A DNA stretch of 64,000 bases from Octopus vulgaris (Eukaryota). A model generated the notes under the pieces. The model made no database searches and was not told the origin of the DNA. It saw only the letters and a list, made by a program, of their open reading frames with translations. Position 1 is the first letter of the stretch, and the number at the start of each line of letters is the position of its first letter. A program made the translations under genes and the position numbers. Positions 1-13,800 of this stretch are shown here, piece by piece. The stretch is from the NCBI GenBank assembly GCA_951406725.2, contig OX597819.1:62000001-62064000 (forward strand), read 5' to 3'.

Positions 1-588
1 TATATATATATATATATATATGAGTGTGTGTGTGTTTGTGTTTGTGTATGCATATCTAGATATGCACAAACACAACAGATATCCTTTCTACTAAAGGCAC
101 AAGGCCTGATATTTGTGGGGAGGGGACTAATCAATGTCAGTGACCCCAGTGTTTCACTGGTGCTTAATTTATCAAGCTTGAAAGGATGAAAGGCAAAGTT
201 GACCTTGGCGGAATTTGAACTCAAAACATAGCAGCAGACGAAATACTGCAAAGCATTTCACCTGGTGTGCTAATGATTCTACCAGCTTGCCACCTTCACA
301 TAAACAACAAATATCAATATTCACACACAGGTAAACATATACAAACCTACATTCGCACAAACAAGAGCTGCCATCAAAAGGCCCCAACAGACAGCCCCAC
401 CCATAGGTAGGACCTAACACTCTCATCAGTTACAATAGCTCCGCCAGCCCAGATGGTAAGTAAGTCTTCATTCGGTACAGTCCAACTGGGACAATCATAC
501 ATACTGAACAGTTTAAACATCCTTACCATTCAAATACCAAGGAAAATTCATGACTGGGATTATACCACACATGAAGGTCAATACTTAC

Positions 589-715
589 AAATATGGAATT
601 GTGTTTATATCAATAGATGACGGCGTGAAGTTGTCAATTTTCTTTCCTTTCAGTTCAGGCATAACTGGAATTTTGAGGAGGCCAAAGCCTGTTGCCAATC
701 GACCAAAATCAAGAT
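589..715 (-). CDS. DDX55: DDX55 exon 13 ([41 protein letters not shown])
   Basis: aacag acceptor, gtaagt donor, 127 nt; further exons must lie left of the window. Confidence 0.94.
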
Positions 716-931
716 CTGTTGAGTGAATTAGAAAATAAAGAACATTGCATGACAGCTGAATAGGTGTGGAGAGGTGAGGAAAGAAGAAGAGGTGGTGGAT
801 TAAGCAAAGAGGAAACTTTGTGAGTGGATTTCGTGGATGGAAAATTGGAACTGAAACCAGCAGTGAACATTGGATATGTATCGTCTGTGATCATGTCGTC
901 AAAAGCACGATACGTGAATCATATGAAAAGC

Positions 932-973
<42 letters not shown>

Positions 974-1205
974 CACACACACACAGAATTCAATTAGAGG
1001 TTATGTTATTATTATTATTATTTTTATTCAGGTCACTGTATGGAATCGAACTCGGGATCTTGGGGTTAGTAGCCGTGCTCTTAACCATGGGTAATCCAAA
1101 GAAATATTGGTTCAGTACCTAATCTTTTGTGGGGAATTGATATCCTTAAAATAATAGTTTTATATATAAACCATAGTTTATATTCATGTAAAGGAATATA
1201 TATAT

Positions 1206-1244
<39 letters not shown>

Positions 1245-4200
1245 CACACACATATATATATATGAAGAACTTCTTTAAGTTTTCTATCTACCAAATCCAC
1301 TCACAAGGCTTTGGCCAGCCAGTGGCTATGATAAAAGCAAAAAACACTCGCCCAAAGTTCCACACAATGGAACTGAACCCCAAAACCATAGGATTGGAAA
1401 GTGGACAACTGAACGACAGCCTTACCTGACATCAATGTAAAAAACAAACAAAAAAATCAAGAAAAAATTAATACTCTTGAAATGAGGAGGGAAGCAGAGT
1501 ATATGACAAACTCACCTTTAGTCCGAAAGATCATGCTACATTCATGTTTGGCATAAGACTGGATAAAAGAAACATAAGCTCTCACACTCTTGTCATAGAG
1601 GGATCTGTGGAGAACAGAAGAATTCTTTTTTTATAAACTGTTTCGGGTTAATTTTTCTATGTTCTAAAATTTCTATATTTAAGAGATGAGGAATTATGTA
1701 CACTAGAGAATCTAGGTTTGAAATTTCCCCAAGACCCCTGATGAAGGCTGGAAGGTATATCAGCTGAAACGTGTTAACAACGAACAAGACGAGGACAAAT
1801 ATCGTCTAATGTAAATAATATTCAAAAATTTGTTTGAAAATTCATTTTCAAACTTGATACCCTTTCTCCTGTCAACCAAAATATATGATGTAAGACTTTC
1901 CTCAGTGAAGTGTCACAGTCACAATATCAATTAGACAATCAGATGCTGCTATACCCTACTGATGGCTTATTGTTTATTGGTTTTACAAAATGTGTTTTAC
2001 AGTTGAGATGACAATATGTATAACCCATACCTGTCTATAAGTACCAAACTATTATTATTAGGATAGTAATAATGTGCTGTGCTTCCTCTCCAATCCATGC
2101 CAGATTAGGAAAATAGATACAAAAATCACCTACCCACCACAACAATTAATACCCTAAAACCCCTCATGTAATGTTTGTCCACGAGGAGCTCTGATCTGTC
2201 AAACTTCTCCCCTAACCACATTTCATCCCCTAATACCCAAAAAACACTGGTAATGGTGCCACGTAAAAAGCACCCAGTACACTCTGTAAAGTGGTTGGCA
2301 TTGGAAGGGCACCTGACCACAGAAACCTGATGTGACTCCTGGCCTTGCCAGCACCTGTCAAACCGTCCACCCCATGCCAGCATGGATAATACGTTAAATG
2401 ATGATGTATGTATATGTGAGCATGAATCAATGTCTGTAAACAAAAGAGAGGAAAAAAACATTAAAAAAAAAAGGGAGACAGAATTGCTCACCTGTCCTTC
2501 TCAGAAAGTCTTTTGAGTTTATCGATGGCCGGAAGGACATTATCAGATTTGGAAAATTGTCGCATTGGCACCTGGAATAGAAAGAAAACTATGTAGACAC
2601 TAAGACAATATATTTCAAGAGAAATATAGTAATGAAAGAATTAAAATTTCCAGGTACTGACCTTTTGATTCCTGGCTATAAATTCTATGAAAGCATCTTC
2701 ACTTGGGGTCAACAGCACCAGACTATTTCCTGTGTTACCAATACGAGCAGTTCTTCCACTGCGGTGAACAAAAGCACTGGAAAGAGAGAAAAACCAAAAA
2801 GGATAATATTATATTCTGTGTGACACTGATGACATTATTAATTGGTATATGTTATTACTATATCAATAGATGATGATATTTACCATCATCATCATTTAAC
2901 GTCTGTCATCCATGCTGGTATGGGTTGGACAGCTTGACTGGACTGGCATGTTGGAAGGCTGCATCTATCTGATTTGGAATGGTTTTCTATAGCTGGATGC
3001 CCTTCCTAACGCCAACCACTCCAAAAGTGTAGTGGGTGCTTTTACATGCCACTGACATGGGTACCAATTTGCATGACACCAGTATCTGCCATGACTGTGA
3101 TTCTGTTTGGCTTGATGGGTCTTCTTCTTGACATAATGCCAAAGATCTTGGTCATTGCCTCTGTGAGGCCCAACACTCAAAAGGAACTCAGTCACTTTGC
3201 CTGTGAGGCCCAACAGTAAATGGTATTACTAACAATCATCATTTAATGCCAGTATTCCATGCTGGCATGGAGTGAATGGTTAGATAGGATCTGATGAGCC
3301 AGAGGACTGTTGAGCTCCAAATTTCTTTAGGTACATTTTCTACAACTGGATGCCCTTCCTAAGACCAACCACTTTACAGTGTGTACTGGATGCTTTTTTC
3401 ATGACACCAGCACAATGAGGGCACAAAGTAACTCACAAGACAAGACTTTTCAACTGAGTGGTGGCATAGCATTGAAGGAGTTTGCTTTGGGCCAGATGTT
3501 GAGAAACTAAAATACGACAGAGGGAAAGAACAGGTGTCTTGCTATAGACATATGGCTATCCTAGTAAGAAAGAGAAAACAGTGGAGATGAGGTGTCAAGG
3601 CATACACTCAAGTTACAAGAAGTCAGATAAAGAGATAATAGGGTCAGAGAATCAAGGCCGGTTGCATGGGTATGTTTGTGAAAGTGTGAAATGGGAGATG
3701 GAAATAGAAGTGAATGCAATGAATGGAAAATATGAGAGAAGGCATGGTCAGTAGTGATTCTCAGGTTGGTGGGGGGGCAAGGAATGTAAAAGAAAATAGG
3801 AGTGGATCAGAGGAAGTGACAGGTGGCAGTATATAAAAGGGGGAGGTGGAGAGCAGATGATAAAACCATAGAAGAAAAATAGGATGTGTGTGTAGGGAGG
3901 GAGGCATAGTGACAGAGGTAGAAGGACAAGGGATCAGGGTGGATGTAGCAAGTGACAAACAGGGTGAGGGGTGAGAAGAACCACCAAAAATGTAGAGTAG
4001 AGATGAGAAGGTGTTCAGTGAAAATAAAAGTCTCGGTCATTGCCTCCATGAGGCCCAACACTTGAAAAGAACTCAGCCACTTTGCCTCCATATGATGTTG
4101 AAAATGCAGAATGAGGACTGGCATCACATGTCACATAAAAAGGCATCTGTGTTGATGCCACTTGAAAAGGACCCGTAACACTATAAAGTGGTTGGTGTTA

Positions 4201-6532
4201 GGAAGGGCAGCCAGCTGTAGAAACCATGCCAGCATGGAAAATGGATGTTAAATGATGATGAACTGTATGTGGTATAACTATAATATATATGATGATGATG
4301 AAATTTATCTGTTTATGCTTTTATGATAACATGAGTGGTAGAATAACAAAGTGGAGAACTAAATACTTTACAAAAAGATTAGTGAAATTCATTAGCTTCA
4401 GATAAAATGCCTTGTGGTTCAGGCTCTTTATATTCAGATTAAGGGCTGATTGCTACCTAACCAGGAAACTAAAAAATGGCAGAAATTCAAAAGATAGTGC
4501 TCATGGGAACTGCTCATATCCTACGCAAAATACTTTCTATGTAATCTCAAGTTTTAAAACAAATATAATTTTCGTATGTTTTTTTAGACATTCACTAGTA
4601 CAACACTAAGTACAAAACCAAATATATGGCATAGGTCTCTGAGTGAGACTTGGAGCTTACTTGTACAAATGCAAAGCAAAAGTGAAACATAAAATAATAA
4701 TAATAATAATTATTATTATTATTATTATTAATAATTATCATTATTATTATTATTATTTTTTTTAGAGTGGCAGAAAAATGTTTTGCAGTATTTTTTCTTG
4801 TTTTTTACAATTACATTCTGAATTCAAATAGCAACGTCTTTCATCTTCTTGAGGGTTGATAAAATGAGACATCAGTGAAGTACTGGTGTTAATGGCATCA
4901 ACTACCCATGTACTGTTAAATTTGTGACCTTGAGTCTAAATTAGAGATAATCATTATCACCACTGATGAGGGCAATCAACAATATATATGTGGCTGTGTG
5001 GTAAGAAGTTTGCTTCCCAACCACATGTTTCTAGGTTCATTCCCACAGCATGGAACCTTGGGCAAGTATCTTCTACTATATGTGGCACCATCACCAGTAC
5101 TATTTATGTGGCACCAGTACTTTTTACATAGAACCAGTACTAGTTCTTTTTCAGTGGCACCATCACCAGTGCTTTTTACACTGAAGAACAAAACAATGAA
5201 AACCAAAAATATGGAAAAAAAAATGCAGATGAATAAACAAGGGACCTGGCTGAACTCGGTGGGTCATATTGAAATACCCAGTGAACCTCAGGAACATCAA
5301 CTCCACGAGCCATTACATCAGTACACATCAGGATTCCACTTAAAGAAAGAATAAAAACAGAAGCAGTTTATAGCAAGAATTGATAAATTTACAAAGAAAT
5401 ATCAAATTTCTTATATGATTGGCACAAGGCTTCAAATTTCTAAGTCTGAAGAACTATATTTTTCTTAGGCTCACTGTGAACCAACTCCTGTTCCAGCACA
5501 CATCACAGGTTTCAGATTTATGGCAAAGAGTGCAAAGGAGATTATGGCTATCAGAATAAATGACGTTAGAGAAATGTCAAAGCAAGAGTGGCTGTGTGAT
5601 AAGTAGCTTGCTTGCCAACCACATGGTTCCAGGTTCAGTCCCACTGCGTGGCATATTGGGCAAGTGTCTTCCACTATAGCTTCGAGCCAACCAAAGCCTT
5701 GTGAGTGGATTTGGTAGATGGAAACTGAAAGAAGCCTGTTGTATATATGTATATATATGTGTCTGTGTTTGTCCCCCCAACATCGCTTGACAACCGATGC
5801 TGGTGTGTATACGTCCCTGTACCTTAGCGATTCGGCAAAAGAGACCGATAGACTAAGTACTAGGCTTACAAAGAATAAGTCCTGGAGTCGATTTCCTTGA
5901 CTAAAAGCAGTGCTCCAGCATAGCCGCAGACAAATGACTGAAACAAGTTAAAGAGTAAAAAAGAGAGTATGACTAAGAATTAAAACCCAAGTTAGTTAAC
6001 TCTGGTCTAGGTTGTTGTTCTTGTTATACTGTGCTTGTGTAACCACAGGTCAGCTTCATCCAGAGGATCTATTAACAAAAGTCCAAGTTTGTTTCCAAAT
6101 ATAGTGTATCTAGGACTATATTATCCAATGTGTCATAATTTCTTATGAAAATTGTAAGGTGATTTGGGGGTGATTTAGTTATTATTTCAAACAGAATAAA
6201 CACTCCCTTACTGACGTGACGTTGCATATTGGACATGATTCCTAAAGAATTCTTATTAGACACAGAGCCTGGAAAAAACAATAGAGGAGCAGAAATAAGA
6301 GAGCATTGGACCAAACATCTAATAAACACTCCATACTGTTTTGATTTAGCCCCAGACCACTATCCAGAGTTGATAAAATAATTACCAGTGAAATGGGAGC
6401 ATTGACGCAGTTAACTAAATACACATCATTGTAATTGTTGGTACGGGTAAGGCAGGTTGTTGCTGCTCTCCAAGATGAGTTGAAGGACCACATCTCATTC
6501 ATGGGGAAAGGTGGATATTAAAATGATAATGA

Positions 6533-6566
<34 letters not shown>

Positions 6567-8636
6567 GATAAGGAGGTGCAATGGCCCAGTGGTTAGAGCA
6601 GTGGATTCGCAGTCATAGGATTGCGGTTTCGATTCCCAGACCGAGCGTTGTGAGTGTTTATTGAAGAAAAACATCTAAAGCTCCACGTGGCTCCGGCAGG
6701 GGGTGGTGGCGAACCCTGCTGTACTCTTTCATCACAACTTTCTCTCACTCTTTCTTCCTGTTTCTGTTGTACCTGTATTTCAAAGGGCCAGCCTTGTCAC
6801 ACTCGGTGTCACGCTGAATCTCCCAAAGAACTATGTTAAGGATACACATGTGTGTGGAGTGCTCAGCCATTTGCATGTTAATTTCATGAGCAGGCTGTTC
6901 CGTTGATCGGATTAACTGGAACCCTCGTTGTCGGAACCAAAAGAGTGCCACAGCAATAAATGATAAGCTTCATTCAATTTCTGCCTATGAAATTCACACA
7001 CACTCATAATGTTTTAGTTAGCCTAGGGCTATAGCAGAAGTCACTTGCCCTATGCAACAGAGCTCTTTCAGTTTCCATCACCTAAATCCACTCACAAGGT
7101 TTTGCTCAATCTGAATCCATAGTTGAAGACATTTATGCAATGTGCCATGTAGTGGGGCTGAACCTGGAACCACATGGTTGGGAAGAAAACTTCTTATCTG
7201 CATGACCATTCCACTGTCACAGTATTTAACACAGATTCCTTTGGATTAAATATCAGGTTATCACAGCTAAAGTTTCCAGATGGCCTGGTAGCTAATACTA
7301 GCAGCTAAGTGATTACACAACAAAGTATAATTTAAAAACACAAGGAAATACCAACATCTGAAATGAACTCTTGACATCTGGCTAGGCAGTCCATATCTTG
7401 ACCACTCAACCATCATCCCATTATAAGCTGACCATGTTACAAAATAATAATGATCATCATCATTTAATGTCCGCTTTCCATGCTGACATGGGTTGGATGG
7501 CTTGACTGAAGACTGGCAAACCAGGAGGCTGCACTAGGCTCCAATCTGATCTGGCAATGTTTCTACAGCTTGATGCCCTTCTTAATGCAAACCACTCCAA
7601 GAATGTAGTGAGCATTTTTTATGTGTCACCAGCATGGGAGCTAGTCAGGCAACATTGGCAAGGACCATGCTGCCAGTGCCGCTTGACTGGCTCCCATGCC
7701 AGTGATACATAAAAAGCACCATTCAAGTGTGGTTCATGCCAGTGCTGCCTGGCTAGCTCCCATGCTGGTGGCACAATCATTTAATGTCCATTTTCCTTGC
7801 TGGCTTAGGTTGGACAATTCGACAGGCATTGGTAAGCCAAAGGCTCTAGTCATCTGTTTTGGCATGGTTTCTATGGTTAGATGCCTTCCTAATGCCAACC
7901 GCTTAACAGAGTGTACAGGATGCTTATTACATGATACTAGCACAGGTGCTTTTAATGTGCAAAGCAAACTAATTTACCTTTGCTGTTTCCGGAATCTGGC
8001 AAAAATATTGTTCCTTTTCTTCCGCATTTTGCCATGGATGCCTAAAATCACGTGTTTTTTCAAAATCCTGTAAAAGGAAAGTGATTCTTGACTGAGAATG
8101 GTAGAAATTTATATTACAATAATTATTTTTTTATTACTATAAATTTGATATTTTTAACACCTGCTTACACTATCAGTAAAGAAATATTATTAATATATAA
8201 CATACAGATGTATAAAATCAGTGAAGGAAGTAATATGTTATAAAGTTGGGTATGTGTATGAGACAGTATGTGTGCATATTTGTTCAGAAACTGAAAAAGA
8301 AGGCTAAGATGAAAGAGGGAGAGCTAGCTGGAGGGAGAGGGAGAGAGAGAGAGAGGTGGGGAAATGATGGAGATTTTGCAAGAAACATTACATGGAATAA
8401 ATGGGAAGGTGACATATCCCATAGACAAAAGATAAAAATTACTTTGCTGTCATTTTGATGTTTGTTAAATTCATAAAAAAATAATGCTGCTCTATTACTG
8501 AAAAGGATTCATCCTCATCAACGACAGCAGTATTTTAGGGTAGGAAAGGTGAGAGTGCTTGTCATGGTTGGAGAGGAAACACTGGAGTGTTTGTCATGGC
8601 AGGAAAGTTATGATATCGTGACAAGAAGACACACAC

Positions 8637-8669
<33 letters not shown>

Positions 8670-10764
8670 CAACATGGATTTTTAAGTTTCCATTTACTAA
8701 ATCCATTCACAAGGCTTTAGTCAGTCCAGGATCATAGAAGACAACTACAATGGGACTGAACCTGAGATTAGGTGAGTGGAAAATGAACTTAATCACACAG
8801 CCATGCCAGCTGCACATACACACAAACATATATCATCATCGTCATCATCATCGTTTAGCGTCTGCTTTCCATGCTGGCATGGATTGGACAGTTTGACTGA
8901 GAACTGGCAAGCCAGAAGGCTGTACGAGGCTCCAATCTGATCTGGCAAGGTTTCTACAGCAGGATGCCCTTCCTAATGCCAACCATGCCGAGAGTGTAGT
9001 GGGTGCTTTCATGTGCCACTGGCATGAAGGCCAGTCAGGCAGTACTGGCATCAACCATGCTCAAATAGTGTTTTTTATGTGCCACTGGCATGGCAGCCAG
9101 TTAGGCAGCACTAGCAATGACCACACTTAAATGGCGCTATCTACGTGTCACCGGCACAGGAACCAATATATTTATTTATTTTGTTGAATCAGTCCCTTGC
9201 AATTATCCTGTGTAAGTACAGGATCTTCAGGCAAATTATAACTGCAGGTGTGTGGGTGTGAATGAGAGAGAAAAAATAAGTTTGTAGCAATTATTAAAGA
9301 CTCACAATTTTAGTGCACCACAAAAATAGTCCACAGCAGCACAAGTGCTCAAGAAAACCATCACTTTGTCATTTTTGTGCTCTCTAAGGAAGTGCACCAA
9401 CTGGTTGAACTTCTCATCACTCTCACAGATCTGACAAAAAGTAAAAGAAAAACACAAAAAAAGTCATCTCTGAATAAATAAACAAACATATCTCAAAAAC
9501 TGTATTTACTTGTATGTAAGTCAGACTATTTTTATCCTTAATTTTTAACTGAAAAGCTAGGGTGCAATTTTTATAGAAGGCAAAGCTAAAACTATGAAGG
9601 GGAAAACTTTTGTGCTAAGATTTAACCCTGCCAAGCCATATTCCTATTAAAGGTTAAATGTCATTTCTGCCAAATTCCAAGTAAAGCAATAATGAACAAC
9701 AGACAGAAAAAGATGCAACTGATTCTGTCATTTAGTTTGCCTGCAAGCGTTACTCTAGAGCTGTAGTTGCAACTATTTATTTATGTTTTTGCTCAGGAGC
9801 TCAGGTTGAGGGTAAAGTTAGACACAGGGGTCCAGGTATGAGAGGGTTAACACTAAATTAAGGGTTTGATTTGTACAGGAGTGCAACTTACACATGAGTA
9901 AATATGGTGTATGCAATAGAAAAACCAAGTTAGTTAATAATATATACACAAGTTGTTTAAGCCCAAACATAGGTAAATCATTTTCATATCACAAGGACTG
10001 ATCAATGTAGAATCCTTCTGAGAAATTTAGTTAAAATTCGAAAACAACCACAGCATGGAATCAACCCAGATGGCACCACCCTTAGTACCTCCTTTACAGC
10101 CTAGAAGAAATTATGATTTCTAAAAGGTTTAGCCTGACACTGAATCATTTTGGCAAACATGCCACCTTCATGGTGCTGTAAATTTACAATAAATGAATAA
10201 CCATCATTTACTGTCCGTCTTCCATGCTGGCATGGGTTGGACGGTTTGACAGGAGTCGGCCAGATAGAAGATTACACCATACTTCTGTGTCTGTTTTGGC
10301 ATGGTTTTTATGACTGGATGCCCTTTCCTAATGCCAACCACATTACAGAGTGGACTGGGTGCTTTTTACGTGGCACCAGCACAGGCGAGGTCAGTTTTAG
10401 CATAGTTTTTACAGCTGGAAAAAAAAAAAGCTTTATGGACAGTATGTATGAGAGAGAAGGATATATTGCCAGCACCGCCCCGTTTCGTGTCCGTTGCCAG
10501 CCTCGCCTGGCCCTCGTGCCGGTGGCACATAAAAAGCACCATCCGTTCGTGGCCGTTTGCCAGCTCTGTCTGGCACCAGTGCGGGTGGCACGTAAAAGCA
10601 CCCACTACACTCACGGAGTGGTTGGCGTTAGGAAGGGCATCCAGCCGTAGAAACACTGCCAGATTTGACTGGGCCTGATGAAGCCTTCTGGCTTCACAGA
10701 CCCCAGTAGAACCGTCCAACCCATGCTAGCATGGAAAACGGACGCCAAACGATGATGATGATGA

Positions 10765-10813
<49 letters not shown>

Positions 10814-13800
10814 AGAGAGAGAGAGAGAGAGAGAAAGAGAGTGCAAAGACAGACAGTTAAGCACAAGGATGAGAATACCAATGTTTTACCATGTAAAATA
10901 TGGACAGGGTGCTTGGAATCCTCTGAACCATGTGGGCTGAGGTTTGTTTCTCTTTCACTGATATTCTCACTGGATTTCTCATGCCAGCCCGGATCAGCTT
11001 CTCTACTTCGTCTGTCTGAGTCGCAGAGAAAAGACCTGTCCGACGCTGTTTTGGTAAATAGCTTAAAATTGTATTCAAACTGCAAGTAGATAAAAATTAA
11101 AACAATCTCGAAGGCTCCCTAAGTGAAACAAAACAGATACAACTCCAGTGGGTACATAACAATGTGGTAGTCAGAATGACAAGTGAGGCAGACATCAAAC
11201 TTTTTCAGTCTCACTGTGCAAACACTTTGGACCTAGTGTGTGTGTGTGTGTGTATCCTTGTTTGGACATTACATGATGGTTGTAAATGAACATCACCATC
11301 ATACAAACAATGTTATTAGTTTCCAGTCTTCCATGAAAAACGTCTGGTCATGGGAAAATATTACTAACTGAGTGTTGGTGGCTGGAAGGTCATCCGGCAG
11401 TAGAAAATCTGCTCAACAAATTCCGCCTGACCCATGCATGTATAGAATACGTGATAAAACATGGATGACCTAAAGGTTAAACTGACCCTAGTATAATGTT
11501 CAAACATTCAAATTAATACAAGTATTACTTTCAATTTCATAATAAAGTGTTAGGTGTTTAACCCTTTCATTACTGTATTTTATTTGAGATGTTCTGTGTT
11601 TCTTTCAATTATTTTAAATATAACAAAGTATTTAGTAAAATAACTTAATTATCATTAAGCTAGTGTTAGGAACATAAATTGTGACTAAGGTTGGTGGAAG
11701 ATTTTAATTGAAAACTTATGAAAACAACACATTTATACTCAGAGCCAGAGCCAGTTTCATCCGAGTTGGTAATGAAAGGGCTAAGTCAAGCATGAATATC
11801 TGTTTGGAGGGAAGGTGGAAGAAGTAGGTGTGGGTTAGGGAGATAACAGGTGGCAGCAAAGGTAACCTGAAGTGAGGGGAGGTGGTGTGTGAGAAAGATG
11901 CACACACACACATATAGAGCTTTGTGAGTAGATTTGGTAGAAAGAAACTGAACGAAGCCCATCGTGCATGGATATATATATATACATCTGTGTGAGCCTT
12001 TCTGCCAGTGTTTGTTCCCCCAACACTGCTTGACAACTGGTGTTGGTGTGTTTACATCCTCATAACTTAGTGGTTTAGCAAAAGAGACTGATTGAATAAG
12101 TGTCAGGCTTAAAACAGAAGTACTGGGATTGATTCATCTGACTAAAAATTCAAGGCAGTGTTCCAGCATGGTCGCAGTCTAATGACTGAAATAAGTAAAA
12201 GACAAAAGAAATATATATATATATATATATAGTTAATCCAAACATGAAGACACAAAGAGAAAACACAACAACGCGAGGACGTGGAACAAGTATAGTATTA
12301 TTGGATGCTCAGGAAAGAAGGAGGGTTTAACGTTTCGAACGGAGCTCTTCGTCAGAAACATAGGAAAAGGAAGGATCCAAAGAAGGAAAGACAGAGGAAA
12401 AAAAATCGCCAATGGTAGACACGCGGTCATATATATATATCATTCGCCATGATGAATCGCTGAAATCTACAGGTTTTTCCATTCACTCTTTGTTTATTTC
12501 CTCTTATTCCTTTCTGCTGAAGAGCATAGGCTTGAAACGTAAAAGACTATTTCATTTTCCCAAGCATGAAACTAATAAACTTGCTTGTTGTTCATACACT
12601 TGTCTTTGTCTTTTGTTTTTCTATATAAATTTCAACTATATCTGTATATATAATCACCCTCATTACCGTCATCATCAGTTTAATTCTTTTGTTTCAGTCT
12701 TCTTGACTGTGGCCATACTGGAGTGCTGCCTTTAGTCAAACAAATTGATGCCAGGACTTATTCTTTCTAAGTCTAATACCTATTTTATCAGTCTCTTTTG
12801 CTGAACTGCTAAGTTATGAGGAGATAAACACACCAACATCAGTTGTCAAGCAATGGTGGTGGTACAAACACACACACACACACATATATATGATGGGCTT
12901 CTTTCAGTTTCCATCTACCAAATCCACTCACAAGGCTTTGGTCAGCCTGAAGCTACAGTAGAAGACACTTGCCCAAGGTGCCACACAGTGAGACTGAACC
13001 CGGAATCATGTGGTTGGTAAGCAAACTACTTACCACACAGTCACTCCTATGCATAATGTGTACTTTTCTATGTTTGCATGAATCAGATGACTTTCTACGG
13101 CCAGATGCACTTCCTGTCACCAACTCTCACCTGTTCCCAAGTAAAATAACATCTCCTCAAGGCTGGATGTATTTTCACAGAAGATTGGAAATGGAATACA
13201 CTGTTTGTATGACAATGATGCTCACTCACTCATCGTGTGACATCAAGACAAGGAAACAAACACACACACACACACAACAGGTTTCTTTCAGTTTCCATAC
13301 ACTATACCCAATTCTTGTCCGTGTCATGTCATATGACTGAACCTGAAACCATATGATTTGGAAGCAAACTTTTTAATCACATACCAATGTGTGCACCTAC
13401 CACACTCCCAAGCCTGCACCACACACACAGGTGCCGCTACTGCCACCACCATCACCATCATCATCATCATCATGGTAGAATTTTAAAATACAATATCTTT
13501 ATTGTCTTTGCATTTCATAAAATGGCTCTTTTGTTCGCTGAAGAATCACAAACAAGCTTTGTCTTCTGAGAGTTAATATAAACAGAAAAAATTGATAAGA
13601 TGTTCTCTTGACATATAAATATCAATTTGAAGAATGAAAACATTGTTTTCTCTAAGCAATGATATTAATGGTTCATATCCTATTATGAAAGGCAAAAACA
13701 TAGCAAGTGAGGAAGGGATGGGTATTGCCAAAGATGTGATCAAATGAAAAGTTTCCTGTGATTTATTATGCCTGTTGATGAAGGTAGGGACACAGAAAGT

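Noticed and set aside
5238-5245. U12-type intron for DDX55 intron 9
   Set aside because: Donor GTCCCTTG does not match GTATCCTT and no TCCTTAAC branch point precedes the acceptor.
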